The notes: a model not told the origin generated them from the sequence alone. Shown: positions 41,771-52,873, counted from the first letter of the stretch. The stretch is 64,000 nucleotides of DNA from an uncultured virus (IMG/VR IMGVR_UViG_3300006467_001879) (IMGVR_UViG_3300006467_001879); one strand, 5' to 3'. Numbers and translations: made by a program.

Positions 41771-42716
41771 TCAAGACATAGAGCAAAAGAAATCGACCAG
41801 AGGCAGAAAGCCCATTACCTATTCCAAAGAAGACTTGGAACGCCAACCCATGTTGGTACTCATTTGCGGTGAAACCGGTGTGGGTAAAACCTATCGTAAT
41901 GTAACAGAGATACGCCACTACATGAAAGACGATGCCTCAACCGGACGTAAAGGCAGAAAGGTGCTGGCTTTTGATGTGAATGATGACGATTACCCGATGT
42001 TTCCAACGGTAAGCCCTTTTCATATCAAAGCCTTAACCAAGGTGCAAGCACGTAGGATCCGACCAATTGCTAAAAACGGACAAAACATGAGTATTGAGGA
42101 AAAACGTGAAGTGGTACAACGTATGGTGAACCAGTTCAAAAATGGCTTATTGGTACTGGAAGACTTGGATAAATACATGGTAGGTGCAAAAGGTCAAACC
42201 GTAGTTGGTTTGCTCACCACCAACCGCCACAACGGACTGGATATTATGATTAGCCACCAGTCTATTGCTAAAATCACCACTACCGAATGGCAAAACTGTA
42301 CCTGGCTCCGTTTGCATCATCAGGTGGATGATGTATCTCGTTATGAAAGCCGAATACCCAACTACTTTTTAGTACGAATTGCAACCTACATTGTAGATGA
42401 ACAATACAATCTTGCCAACAATGCTTTTGCCGATGGCAGCATCGGTAAAGATGAATACAAAAAACGCAGAAGCTTCTTTGTGTATGTCGATATGCGAAGG
42501 CTCAAAATTAGAGGATGTAGCCGTGATGCCTTTATCCGTGCCTGCAAGAAGTTTATTGATACCGAAGATCAACGCAAAATCCGCATGATGCTTCAGGAAA
42601 GAGATCATCAGGATAAGCCCTTATACAAAAACCGTTCGGCAGCTACCGTAAAACTCATTACCGAATACCTACGCCACCACGAAACCGGACCAAATTCTCC
42701 TTTTGCATCCAAGTAA
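41742..42716 (+). CDS. FtsK/HerA-superfamily ATPase, A32-like genome packaging ATPase candidate
   Basis: Walker A GETGVGKT, Walker B LLVLED, then TTNRHNGLDIMISHQ (Arg finger RH plus hhhhxQ sensor); no TM or nuclease domain. Confidence 0.75.
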   Translation: MQKMKKETTNQDIEQKKSTRGRKPITYSKEDLERQPMLVLICGETGVGKTYRNVTEIRHYMKDDASTGRKGRKVLAFDVNDDDYPMFPTVSPFHIKALTKVQARRIRPIAKNGQNMSIEEKREVVQRMVNQFKNGLLVLEDLDKYMVGAKGQTVVGLLTTNRHNGLDIMISHQSIAKITTTEWQNCTWLRLHHQVDDVSRYESRIPNYFLVRIATYIVDEQYNLANNAFADGSIGKDEYKKRRSFFVYVDMRRLKIRGCSRDAFIRACKKFIDTEDQRKIRMMLQERDHQDKPLYKNRSAATVKLITEYLRHHETGPNSPFASK

Positions 42717-43217
42717 ATGAAGCCACCGCTTAAAAAAGGAAGTCCGGACGATTTTCAAACGCCACCGGAAGCATTAATGCCCTTATTACCTTTCCTAAAA
42801 AAGGATTGGATAATATGGGAATGTGCCAGTGGTAAAGGGAATCTATCAAACTATCTCAAAAAGCAAGGTTTTAAAGTGATTAGCACCGATATTCTTACCG
42901 CAAAAGACTTTCTGAACTACGAGCCAAAACAATACGACTGCATCATTACTAATCCACCTTATGCCCTCAAGCAAGAATTTTTAGAACGAGCTTACTGTTT
43001 GGGTAAGCCCTTTGCCTTTCTTTTACCTCTTACCACTTTTGAAACAGCTAAACGCCAACAATATTTTAAGCATTGCGGACTGGAAGTGATATTCTTGGAC
43101 AAACGTATCAACTTTGAAACTCCCGATGGTTCCGGAGACGGCTCATGGTTCGCTACGGCATGGTTTACCAATTGGCTGAAAATTGGTAAGCAGATGAATT
43201 TTGCAACCATTAAATAA
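42717..43217 (+). CDS. Small phage-type N6-adenine DNA methyltransferase
   Basis: DDFQTP, WECASGKG and IITNPPY motifs. Confidence 0.85.
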   Translation: MKPPLKKGSPDDFQTPPEALMPLLPFLKKDWIIWECASGKGNLSNYLKKQGFKVISTDILTAKDFLNYEPKQYDCIITNPPYALKQEFLERAYCLGKPFAFLLPLTTFETAKRQQYFKHCGLEVIFLDKRINFETPDGSGDGSWFATAWFTNWLKIGKQMNFATIK

Positions 43218-43324
43218 CTCTTTCCACAAAGGCAAATATTTACAAGTTTTTTACAGAAAATTCCCTTTTCTTATTATATTTGGACAAAATATGTCCTGAA
43301 TAATATTTCAAGAAAACTACAGAA

Positions 43325-43657
43325 ATGACAGCAAAGGAATCATTTGGAGAACACATTCGAGCATTACGGGAGAGTAAAGGACTTCCGTTAAGAAAAGTTG
43401 CAGCAGAATTAGATATTGATCCTTCAACCCTAAGCAAAATAGAAAGGGGTGAAAGATCTGCTAATAAAGAAATGCTTCCTGTATTGGCAACAATTTTTGA
43501 TGAAAATGAGGATGATCTAGGCTTGATATTATTAAGTGACAAAGTAGCTTATGATCTATTAGAAGAAAGCAATTCTGACGAGATTCTTAGAGTTGCAGAA
43601 GAAAAAATCAAATACTTAAAAAATAGGAATCTTCAACAAGGTTCTCTCGATTTATAA
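43325..43657 (+). CDS. XRE HTH regulator leading the RM-Gabija operon
   Basis: FGEHIRALRESKGLPLRKVAAELDIDPSTLSKIERGER; TATATTTG upstream at ~43274. Confidence 0.9.
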   Translation: MTAKESFGEHIRALRESKGLPLRKVAAELDIDPSTLSKIERGERSANKEMLPVLATIFDENEDDLGLILLSDKVAYDLLEESNSDEILRVAEEKIKYLKNRNLQQGSLDL

Positions 43658-43661
43658 ATCT

Positions 43662-46640
43662 ATGACAATAAAAGACCTTGTAAATAAATATGATTCAAAT
43701 AGGGATGCTTACCTAAAAGCAACCTATAATGAAACACAGTTACGAACAGATTTTTTAGATCCATTGTTTGAAATGCTCGGATGGGATTTAAAAAACAATC
43801 ACGGAAAACCTACTAATGAAAGAGAAGTTTTAGTGGAAGAAGCTTTGCGAGGAGATGTTAACAGCAATACAAAAAAGCCTGATTATACTTTTCGTTTATT
43901 TTCAGAAAGGAAATTCTTTTTAGAAGCTAAAAAACCAAATGTTAAGATAGATACAGACCCTGAACCAGCTAAGCAGGTTCGTAGATATGGCTTTACGGCA
44001 AAACTTAAAATTTCAGTTCTTTCAAACTTCGAGCACCTTGCTATATATGATTGCTCAAGAAAGGTAGATAAAGATGATTCTGCCGTAAAATCAAGAGTGA
44101 AGTTATATCATTATACAGAATATGAAAAGTGTTTTGAAGAAATCAAACAACAACTAAGTCATGAGTCAGTATATAGTGGAGGATTTGACGAAACCTGGAA
44201 GGAAATTGAAAGTCAATTAAAATTATCAAGTGTTGACGACTTGTTTTTAAATCAAATTAATGAATGGCGTTTAATTCTCGGAAAGGAAATATACTCTCAT
44301 CAGAACCAACTGGATGAACCCCAATTAAATGACATAGTTCAAAGCTATATCAATAGTATAATTTTCCTCCGAGTTTGTGAAGATCGAAATATTGAAATTT
44401 ATAAAACGCTTTTGAATTTTGCCGATAATGAGGATTTTAATGCATTAATCAGGAAATTTCGTGAGGCAGATAGAAAATACAATGCAGGGCTATTCAACCA
44501 TGCGTTGATTGAAGAAATTATCACAAATAATAGCTCAGCATTTTGGACGATTATTAAACAACTATATTTCCCCGAAAGCACTTACAGTTTTTCAGTTTTT
44601 GCTTCTGATATACTAGGTAATATTTATGAGATATTTTTAGGTGAACAACTGAAAATATCTGACGGAGAAATAACTCTTCAAAAGAAGCCTGAACATATCG
44701 ACAGGGATATTGTAACCACTCCAACTTTTATTATACAAGACATACTAAGAGAAACAGTTGTTCGATATTGTTCTGACAAAACAGATATTGAAATATTAAG
44801 TTCTTCTTTTGCTGATATTGCATGTGGCTCTGGAGCATTTTTATTAGAAACCTATCAGTTGCTCCATGATACTTTGGTTGATTATTATTTAAAGAATGAT
44901 TCTTCACAGCTGATTCAAACAGCTATTAGTTCTTACAAGCTGAGATTTGAGACTAAGCGGCAACTTTTGATCAGTTGTATTTTTGGTGTCGATAAAGATT
45001 TTAATGCCGTAGAAGCTTGCAAGTTTGGTTTGTTACTCAAATTATTAGAGAATGAGGATAATAATACTATCCCAACACCGGCTTTACCAAACATTGATAA
45101 CAATATTTGTTATGGTAACAGTCTTATAGATTCAAATTTAACTTCTGCTGAAAACCAAAGAGAAATTAACCCTTATGACTTTGGTGAAAACAAATTTGAT
45201 GTAATTGTGGGTAACCCTCCGTACTTAGCTACAGAACACATGAAGCAGTTTACCCCCTTGGAATTGCCTTTATACAAAACACATTACTCATCTGCATTTA
45301 AGCAATTCGATAAATACTTCTTATTTATTGAAAGAAGCTTAAATCTTTTGAAACCGAATGGTTTTTTCGGCTATATAGTTCCAAGTAAATTCACAAAAGT
45401 AGGTGCAGGAAAAAAACTCAGGGAATATCTGAGTAATTTAAAAGTTGTTGAGCGGATAATATCTTTTGGAGCAAATCAAATTTTTCAAGATAAAACAACT
45501 TATACCTGTCTTCTTATTTTAAAAAAATCTGAGATAGAAAGTCTTGAATATCTTGAAATACAATCTTTAAAGGATTGGAAAACAAGAAATATTTCTACGG
45601 AAAATTATGATTCGATCGAAACTGAGATATTAGATAATGAAGGATGGGGTTTAGTTCCAGGAAACCTGAAGCCACTATTTGAATCTATTCAAAATCAATC
45701 TGTATTGCTTTCCGATTTGATTGGGGCTGAGAGCATTTACAACGGAATACAAACTAGTGCTAATAATATTTATATCCACTCTGCTACAAGTGAAGATGAT
45801 GATTATATATACTTCATTAAAGATGGTAGAAACTGGAAGATTGAAAAAGAATTAACGAGACCATATTTTAAAACGGCAAGTGGGATTGATAATTTAAATA
45901 CGTATAGACCGTTTGCTCCAAATGCTTTTGTGATATACCCTTATTTGAAAACAAATGATGGGATTAAATTTGTCAAAATAGATCAATTAAGAAGAGAATA
46001 TCCATTCACTCATGAATACTTACAACATTATCAAGAAGTTCTATCTAACCCTAAAAGAGATATAAAACCTACTCCTGAAACAGAAAATGAATGGTATAGG
46101 TATGGAAGGCATCAAAGCCTAGATAAATGTGATGTTCCAGCAAAAATTATTGTTGGTGTTTTGTCGCAAGGGAATAAATATGCTATTGACTATTTTGGGA
46201 CATTAATTTCATCAGGAGGAACCGCAGGTTACTGTATGATTACATTGCCCGAAGAAACTCCTTATTCAATTTATTATATACAAGCTCTTTTGAATTCAAA
46301 ATATTTGGAGTGGTTTTCTGCCCTTCATGGAGAAGTATTCAGGGGCGGGTACATAGCCAGAGGAACAAAAGTCTTGAAAAAACTTCCGATCAGAGAAATT
46401 CATTTTGAAAAGGAGTCTGAAAAGGAGATACATGATCGTATTGCATCAATTCAAAGAGAACTAATTAAGCTACAAGGTGAAATAGACCAAAACGCAGGAA
46501 ACAGAAGAGCTTTAACCCCATTAGAGCGACAGTTTCATGCCAATAAAGCTGACTTAGATAATGCTCTAAAATTATTGTTTAACCTAGGAGAAGATGATAA
46601 TCTTATTCCTTTAATTTCAGAACTGTATGCGGCTAATTGA
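43662..46640 (+). CDS. Type IIG RM enzyme, Eco57I/BpmI-like
   Basis: YNETQLR.DF.DP, KKPDY..FFLEAKKP nuclease, DIACGSGAF, GNPPY; ~990 aa with a companion MTase downstream. Confidence 0.9.
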   Translation: MTIKDLVNKYDSNRDAYLKATYNETQLRTDFLDPLFEMLGWDLKNNHGKPTNEREVLVEEALRGDVNSNTKKPDYTFRLFSERKFFLEAKKPNVKIDTDPEPAKQVRRYGFTAKLKISVLSNFEHLAIYDCSRKVDKDDSAVKSRVKLYHYTEYEKCFEEIKQQLSHESVYSGGFDETWKEIESQLKLSSVDDLFLNQINEWRLILGKEIYSHQNQLDEPQLNDIVQSYINSIIFLRVCEDRNIEIYKTLLNFADNEDFNALIRKFREADRKYNAGLFNHALIEEIITNNSSAFWTIIKQLYFPESTYSFSVFASDILGNIYEIFLGEQLKISDGEITLQKKPEHIDRDIVTTPTFIIQDILRETVVRYCSDKTDIEILSSSFADIACGSGAFLLETYQLLHDTLVDYYLKNDSSQLIQTAISSYKLRFETKRQLLISCIFGVDKDFNAVEACKFGLLLKLLENEDNNTIPTPALPNIDNNICYGNSLIDSNLTSAENQREINPYDFGENKFDVIVGNPPYLATEHMKQFTPLELPLYKTHYSSAFKQFDKYFLFIERSLNLLKPNGFFGYIVPSKFTKVGAGKKLREYLSNLKVVERIISFGANQIFQDKTTYTCLLILKKSEIESLEYLEIQSLKDWKTRNISTENYDSIETEILDNEGWGLVPGNLKPLFESIQNQSVLLSDLIGAESIYNGIQTSANNIYIHSATSEDDDYIYFIKDGRNWKIEKELTRPYFKTASGIDNLNTYRPFAPNAFVIYPYLKTNDGIKFVKIDQLRREYPFTHEYLQHYQEVLSNPKRDIKPTPETENEWYRYGRHQSLDKCDVPAKIIVGVLSQGNKYAIDYFGTLISSGGTAGYCMITLPEETPYSIYYIQALLNSKYLEWFSALHGEVFRGGYIARGTKVLKKLPIREIHFEKESEKEIHDRIASIQRELIKLQGEIDQNAGNRRALTPLERQFHANKADLDNALKLLFNLGEDDNLIPLISELYAAN

Positions 46641-48234
46641 AAATGCATCGAAAGATAAATTAAGGGGAGGTTTTTACACTCCTAACCCTATTGCTGCCTT
46701 CATTTTAAAGTGGGCATTCAATGGAAATAAAAAGCTAGACATCCTTGAACCGAGTTGTGGTGACGGTGTTTTTTTAGAGGAAATAAAGAAAGGTGAATTT
46801 GAATACAACTCTGTTACTGGGATTGAATATGATGAGCTAGAAGCAGAAAAATCAAGAAATATTGATTTAAAGAACTCTAAAGTAATTCATTCTGATTTTC
46901 ATGAATTCTGTATAAGTACTAAGAAAAAGTTTGATTTAATTATCGGTAACCCACCTTATATACGCTATCAGTATTTTAACAAGAAACAACAAAAATATGC
47001 AGCCGATATTTTTAATAAAGCTGATTTGAAATATTCAAAATTAACTAACGCTTGGGTTTCTTTTGTTGTTGGATCTTCTCTGCTATTGAAAAAAGAAGGT
47101 AAAATTGGTTTTGTTCTACCTGCCGAAATTTTGCAGGTATCCTACGCTCAAACTTTACGTGAATTTCTAGCTAAGTTTTATAACAAAATCAATATCGTTT
47201 CTTTTGAAAAATTGGTTTTCCCTGACATACAACAAGAAGTTGTTTTATTGCTTTGTGAAAAGAACAATTCTGAAACGCACTTAATAGAGCATTTGGAATT
47301 ACGTGATGCAGAAGAACTTCACAAGCTGGATGTTTCCCGATTAAAAAGTCCGAAAAAGAAAATTGATTTTAAATCTAACAAATGGACTTTTTATTTTCTC
47401 GACCAAAAGGAGATTGATTTTTTAGAGAGACTTCAAAAAAGCAAAAAAATACCGAAGCTTGGTAAATATGCAAAAGTGGAAGTTGGTATTACAACAGGAT
47501 CCAATCCGTTTTTTACCGTTCCCCTTTCAACAGTAGATACATACGATTTAGATAAATATGCCAAACCATTAGTAGGGAGAAGTGTTCAGGTTCCTAGTGC
47601 TATATTCACTAAAAAAGACTGGCAAAACAACCGAAAAGCCGAAGCTCGAACGCACTTATTGACCTTTCCTAAAATGAAAGATTTAAACGGCTCAATTGGA
47701 GCACGTAATTATATTTCTTGGGGAGAAGAACAAAAAATTAATGAAGGTTACAAATGTAGAATTCGTGAAGAATGGCAAATTGTGCCTTCATTGAGAGTTT
47801 CTGATGCATTGTTTATTCGCAGAAACAACCTATATCCAAAACTAATAATTAATGAAGCTAAAGCTTACACGACAGACACGATGCACCGTGTAACTATAAA
47901 GCCTGATATAGAAATAAAAGCGTTAACAGCAAGTTATTACAACTCGTTATCACTAGCCTTTTCAGAAATATGTGGTAGAAGTCATGGAGGTGGTGTCTTA
48001 GAGTTAATGCCCAATGAAGTAGAAGAAATACTGCTTCCCTATCACCCTGATAATGATAAACTTTTGTCAGAAATTGATAGTATGATTAGATCCAAGAAAG
48101 ACATTACAGAAATTCTGAAAATCACAAACAAAAAGATTCTCAAAGAGAATTTTGGGTTTAGTGATGCTGACATTGAGTTGGCAGATAGTATATGGAAAAA
48201 ATTGTCAAAACGAAGGTTGAATAGAGGGAAATAA
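46627..48234 (+). CDS. Companion N6-adenine MTase (M.Eco57I-like)
   Basis: GGFYTP, LEPSCGDG, GNPPYIRYQ, GRSHGGGVLELMPNE. Confidence 0.9.
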   Translation: MRLIENASKDKLRGGFYTPNPIAAFILKWAFNGNKKLDILEPSCGDGVFLEEIKKGEFEYNSVTGIEYDELEAEKSRNIDLKNSKVIHSDFHEFCISTKKKFDLIIGNPPYIRYQYFNKKQQKYAADIFNKADLKYSKLTNAWVSFVVGSSLLLKKEGKIGFVLPAEILQVSYAQTLREFLAKFYNKINIVSFEKLVFPDIQQEVVLLLCEKNNSETHLIEHLELRDAEELHKLDVSRLKSPKKKIDFKSNKWTFYFLDQKEIDFLERLQKSKKIPKLGKYAKVEVGITTGSNPFFTVPLSTVDTYDLDKYAKPLVGRSVQVPSAIFTKKDWQNNRKAEARTHLLTFPKMKDLNGSIGARNYISWGEEQKINEGYKCRIREEWQIVPSLRVSDALFIRRNNLYPKLIINEAKAYTTDTMHRVTIKPDIEIKALTASYYNSLSLAFSEICGRSHGGGVLELMPNEVEEILLPYHPDNDKLLSEIDSMIRSKKDITEILKITNKKILKENFGFSDADIELADSIWKKLSKRRLNRGK

Positions 48235-48238
48235 AATC

Positions 48239-50371
48239 ATGAGAATAAAATTTGTACAAATACAAAATTTCAGAAAACTTCAATCGTGCCGTATTGACTT
48301 TTCAGAAAAAGAAACAATTTTCGTTGGAGCTAACAATAGCGGTAAAACTACTGCAATGGATGCTTTGATGATTTTTCTTGAGAAAAAGAATTTTAAAACT
48401 CAGGATTTCACCCTGTCTAATTGGAAGGAATTAAATAAAGTAGGAGAAACTTGGAGCAGCGAAACAGAGCTTTCAGAAGATGAGAAATCAATAAAAAAAA
48501 TTGAACCCTACTTGCCATCATTAGACCTATGGATTGAAGTTGAAGACTCGGAGTTACATTACGTTAGTCATATAATACCAACATTAGACTGGACTGGAGG
48601 TTTATTAGGTGTTAGACTGAGGTTTGAACCGAAGGAAATTGAAGAACTAATTAAAGAGTTTTCTCTAGCACATAAAAACGCCAATCAACTATTGCAAGAG
48701 AAAGGTAAAAGTTTCAAACTATGGCCGAAACACTTTTGGGATTTTTGTGAAAGAAAACTTGGCTCTTTGTTTACTTTCAAAACATATCTACTCGATCCAG
48801 AAAAATCAGATGAATTTCAAGAAATATCTGATTCCACTTTAGCAATTGATGGTGATGTTTTGAAAGGTCTTATAAAAGTAGATATAATCAATGCTCAAAG
48901 AGGATTTACTGATGCAAATACAGAGAATGCAGAAAACTCATCTAATAGGAATTTATCCGCTCAACTTAGAGCATATTATGATAAGCACCTCAATCCTTCA
49001 ATAGAACCAACGGAAAGCGATCTAGAAGCATTAGAATCAATTAATAAGGCTCAGGAAGCATTTGATAAAAATTTAAAGGAAAGCTTTACAACGTCCCTTG
49101 CTGAATTAGAAGGATTAAATTATCCGGGTTTTGGAAATCCTCAAATACAACTTTCTACGAAAGTTTCCACGGCTGATGGATTACAACATGATTCTGCGGT
49201 GAAATATCATCTTGACGAAGAACTATCATTGCCTGAAAGATATAATGGACTAGGTTATCAAAATTTAATCTCTATTATTTTTAAACTAATTCGCTTTAGG
49301 GATGAATGGATGCGTATTGGAAAGAGTATCGAGAAAGAAAATGAAGTTATTGAACCTTTGCATTTGGTGTTAATAGAAGAACCCGAAGCGCATTTACATG
49401 CACAAGTCCAACAAGTATTCATTAAAAAGGCTTATGATGTGTTAAGGAATCATTCAGATTTAAAAGAGAAAACTGACTTTTCAACGCAATTAGTAATAAG
49501 CACACATTCAAGCTATATAGCTCATCAAAAATTTGAAAGTTTAAGGTATTTTAAACGAAATATCGGTTCCATTTTACCTACAACGGAAGTTGTAAGCCTT
49601 CTTGCTGTATTTGGTGACAGGGAAAAAGAGACAGAGAAGTTCGTTATCAGATATTTAAACACTACCCATAATGATCTATTTTTTGCCGATGCTGTCATTC
49701 TTGTTGAAGGTCCAGCTGAAAGAATACTTCTTCCCCATTTTATTAGAAATTTCAATTCAGTTTTAGATAGTTGTTATCTTACAATTCTTGAAATTGGAGG
49801 AAGTCATGCACATAGGCTAAAACCATTGATTGAGAAATTAGGAGTAATCTGTCTAGTAGTAACGGATATTGATTCTACGAATGATAGAACTAAATGCCAA
49901 CCGGAATTAAACAAAGAGTTTAAAACTAACAACGATACGCTTAAAACCTGGCATCCTCAAAAAGAATCCTTGGATGAATTATTATGTCTCAATGAAGAAG
50001 ACATGGTAAAAACTGATTCACCTGTAAGAGTTGCATATCAAAGAAAAATTGACATTGACGGAGAAAGTATTTACCCATACACTTTTGAAGATGCTATGGT
50101 TTTAGAGAATCTTGAAACTTTCAAAGCGATAACAAGTTCTACTGGCTTATTAAAAAAGATGGTAGAAGCATCTAAATTAAGCGTAAAAGATGCTGCAAAA
50201 AAGGCATTTGAAGAAATAAACAGTATAGGAGCTAAAAAAGCAGAGTTTGCTTTGGATATATTATACTTTGAAGACCCTTCAAAAATTAAGCCCCCTCTTT
50301 ACATAAAAAATGGTCTTCAATGGGTAGCAGATCAACTAACAAAGGACAAGCAAGGTTTAACAATTTCTTGA
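48239..50371 (+). CDS. gajA: Gabija GajA-like OLD-family ATPase/TOPRIM nuclease
   Basis: GANNSGKT, LIEEPEAHLH, STHS, TOPRIM VEGPAE...TDID; followed by a UvrD helicase. Confidence 0.82.
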   Translation: MRIKFVQIQNFRKLQSCRIDFSEKETIFVGANNSGKTTAMDALMIFLEKKNFKTQDFTLSNWKELNKVGETWSSETELSEDEKSIKKIEPYLPSLDLWIEVEDSELHYVSHIIPTLDWTGGLLGVRLRFEPKEIEELIKEFSLAHKNANQLLQEKGKSFKLWPKHFWDFCERKLGSLFTFKTYLLDPEKSDEFQEISDSTLAIDGDVLKGLIKVDIINAQRGFTDANTENAENSSNRNLSAQLRAYYDKHLNPSIEPTESDLEALESINKAQEAFDKNLKESFTTSLAELEGLNYPGFGNPQIQLSTKVSTADGLQHDSAVKYHLDEELSLPERYNGLGYQNLISIIFKLIRFRDEWMRIGKSIEKENEVIEPLHLVLIEEPEAHLHAQVQQVFIKKAYDVLRNHSDLKEKTDFSTQLVISTHSSYIAHQKFESLRYFKRNIGSILPTTEVVSLLAVFGDREKETEKFVIRYLNTTHNDLFFADAVILVEGPAERILLPHFIRNFNSVLDSCYLTILEIGGSHAHRLKPLIEKLGVICLVVTDIDSTNDRTKCQPELNKEFKTNNDTLKTWHPQKESLDELLCLNEEDMVKTDSPVRVAYQRKIDIDGESIYPYTFEDAMVLENLETFKAITSSTGLLKKMVEASKLSVKDAAKKAFEEINSIGAKKAEFALDILYFEDPSKIKPPLYIKNGLQWVADQLTKDKQGLTIS

Positions 50372-50375
50372 TTAC

Positions 50376-52253
50376 ATGATGGAACAGTATAATAACAACA
50401 TTGACCAGCATGTTGACGAAGAGATTTTCACATGTTTAAATCCAATTTCTCCAAAAAGCTTTTTTCTTTTTGCAGGTGCGGGATCTGGAAAAACAAAAAC
50501 CTTGGTTAATGTTTTAAAAAAGGTTAATGACAATTATGGTAAAAACTTTAAATTAAGAAACAAAAAAGTTGCTGTAATTACATATACAAATGCTGCTGCA
50601 AACGAAATTATTCACCGTTTAGAGCACAGCACTATTTTTCATGTTAGCACGATTCACAGTTTTTCGTGGGATTTAATCCAAACCTTCACTGTTGATATAA
50701 AGGCATGGGTAGTAAGTAACTTGAATAAAGAAATATCTGAATTAGAAGAACAGCAATCCAAAAGCAGAGATCTTAATAATAAAACTTCAATTGGGAGAGC
50801 CAAAAAAATTGAATCTAAGAGGGAACGATTAATTGCTCTAAACGACATTCAAAAGTTCGTGTACAACCCTAATGGTGATAACATTACAAAGGATTCTTTG
50901 AATCATAGTGAAGTAATATCTATTACCGCTGATTTTATAAACTCAAAACACCTGTTTAAGAAAATTTTCCTCAATAAATTTCCTATTGTTCTTATTGATG
51001 AAAGTCAAGACACTAAGAAAGAATTGATTGAAGCTCTTTTTGAATTACAAAACAGCTTTGGAACAGAGTTTTCTTTAGGGTTATTTGGAGATACAATGCA
51101 ACGGATTTACGCTGATGGTAAAGAGAATCTTGGTGTTGATCTTCCGGAGACCTGGGCAAAGCCAGTAAAAAAAATGAATCACCGGTCTAAATCCCGAATT
51201 ATTGAACTAATTAATACTATTCGTAAAGGAACAGATAATCAAGTTCAATTATGGAGAAATGAAAATTTAGGTGGATTAGTTCGTTTTTTTGCAGTTAATA
51301 GAACTTTAAACAAAGAGCAAACTGAAGAACTCATTCGTCAAAAAATGAGTAGTCAATCAGGAGATAAATATTGGACTGGAGTCGAGCAAGATGTAAAAAC
51401 GCTTACGCTTGAACATCACATGGCTGCAAAACGAATGGGGTTTTCAAATTTCTTTGACCCTCTTTATTCGATAGATAAGTTAAAAACAAGTTTATTGGAT
51501 GGGAGCTTATCTTCGGTAGGCTTATTTACCAAAGTTATTTTACCTATTTACAACGCCTTTCAAGCAGGTAATAAATTTGAAATTGCCAACATTGTAAAAA
51601 AACACTCTCCTTTAGTGGACAAGCATATAATTCGGGAAAACAAGGAAAAACTAAAGGCAATACATGACGCTAATGTAAAAGTTCAAAACCTTTTAGAACT
51701 TTGGTCAAATAATAGCCAGCCATCTTTAATTGAAATTTTAAAAGAAATAAATACAAGTGGTTTGTTTAATCTTCCTAATGTTCTAAAACTAGTATTAGCT
51801 AGAGTTAATTCAGAACCCTCCAATGATGAATCAGATACAGAAAATGACGATGAAATTTTATTAGCATGGGAAAATGCACTCGAATCATCATTTGATGAAA
51901 TAATAAAATATAATGAATATATCTCTGACAAATCTGCATTTGATACCCATCAAGGGGTGAAAGGATTAGAATATGACCGTGTTATGGTTGTAATTGATGA
52001 TGAAGAATCAAAAGGATTTATGTTTAGCTATGATAAACTTTTCGGCATAAAACCATTGACATCCACAGATGAAAAAAACTTGAGAGACGGAAAAGAAACT
52101 GGCGTTGATCGGACTACAAGACTATTCTATGTGGCTTGTAGTAGGGCTAAAGAAAGCTTAGCTATTGTTGCATATACTGATAACCCTGAATCGCTTAAAA
52201 GCAATGTAGTGAATTATGGTTGGTTTACAAATGAGGAGGTTGAGATACTATAA
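50376..52253 (+). CDS. gajB: Gabija GajB-like UvrD helicase
   Basis: AGAGSGKT, IDESQD, GDTMQRIY, HQGVKGLEYD, LFYVACSRAK. Confidence 0.82.
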   Translation: MMEQYNNNIDQHVDEEIFTCLNPISPKSFFLFAGAGSGKTKTLVNVLKKVNDNYGKNFKLRNKKVAVITYTNAAANEIIHRLEHSTIFHVSTIHSFSWDLIQTFTVDIKAWVVSNLNKEISELEEQQSKSRDLNNKTSIGRAKKIESKRERLIALNDIQKFVYNPNGDNITKDSLNHSEVISITADFINSKHLFKKIFLNKFPIVLIDESQDTKKELIEALFELQNSFGTEFSLGLFGDTMQRIYADGKENLGVDLPETWAKPVKKMNHRSKSRIIELINTIRKGTDNQVQLWRNENLGGLVRFFAVNRTLNKEQTEELIRQKMSSQSGDKYWTGVEQDVKTLTLEHHMAAKRMGFSNFFDPLYSIDKLKTSLLDGSLSSVGLFTKVILPIYNAFQAGNKFEIANIVKKHSPLVDKHIIRENKEKLKAIHDANVKVQNLLELWSNNSQPSLIEILKEINTSGLFNLPNVLKLVLARVNSEPSNDESDTENDDEILLAWENALESSFDEIIKYNEYISDKSAFDTHQGVKGLEYDRVMVVIDDEESKGFMFSYDKLFGIKPLTSTDEKNLRDGKETGVDRTTRLFYVACSRAKESLAIVAYTDNPESLKSNVVNYGWFTNEEVEIL

Positions 52254-52255
52254 TC

Positions 52256-52873
52256 CTATTCAATTTTCAACTTTTTGATAATATTCTCCAAAGCCTCTTC
52301 TTGTTTGTCGGTGAGCTTTCCTTTTTTTTCACAGCTTTTTTTGAGGCTATGGATGAATGATGTGTCAAACCAATCGTTTTTTTCAGCCCATTTTAAAACA
52401 AGATTAATTCGGGTAAAATTTGAGTTGGACTCATAGCTTGTAAAGTCAAGAAGCTTTTGGTTGATTCGCTCTTTAATATTGAGCTGTTTTCCTGATAGGT
52501 TTCGTTTTCTTATGATGTCTTGATAAAAGTCGTATTCAAAATCGCTAAGTAATTTCTTATCCTTCATAAATTCAAGTACTTCGGCACTCATGCTTTTTGA
52601 AATATCTTCTTTTAACCGTTTGATTGATGTAAAGATCTTGTTGCCGTCATCAATGTTCAAGAATTTATTTACGCAACAATTTCCGACTTCGGTTATAGTG
52701 CCGTTGATTCTATTCTTAATAACACAGATATTCTTTATTGGGTAATGACCACATAAACACGATTCAAGCTCTTCACTGTAATAAGCGTAGTCAAAATCCC
52801 ATTCAAACTTGGCATCCGTCCAGTTGTTGGATTCACTTCTATCAATTATTTCAGTTATGAGTTTATATTCCAT
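52256..52873 (-). CDS. Zn-binding hypothetical protein
   Basis: CLCGH.PI...VGNCC; two LS/LTxKQ helical repeats at the C-terminus. Confidence 0.7.
   Translation of the reverse strand: MEYKLITEIIDRSESNNWTDAKFEWDFDYAYYSEELESCLCGHYPIKNICVIKNRINGTITEVGNCCVNKFLNIDDGNKIFTSIKRLKEDISKSMSAEVLEFMKDKKLLSDFEYDFYQDIIRKRNLSGKQLNIKERINQKLLDFTSYESNSNFTRINLVLKWAEKNDWFDTSFIHSLKKSCEKKGKLTDKQEEALENIIKKLKIE

Noticed and set aside
41742..42716. Zot/pI ATPase of a filamentous phage
   Set aside because: No TM segment after the ATPase domain, and the element is far larger than inoviruses; not fully excluded without a phylogeny.
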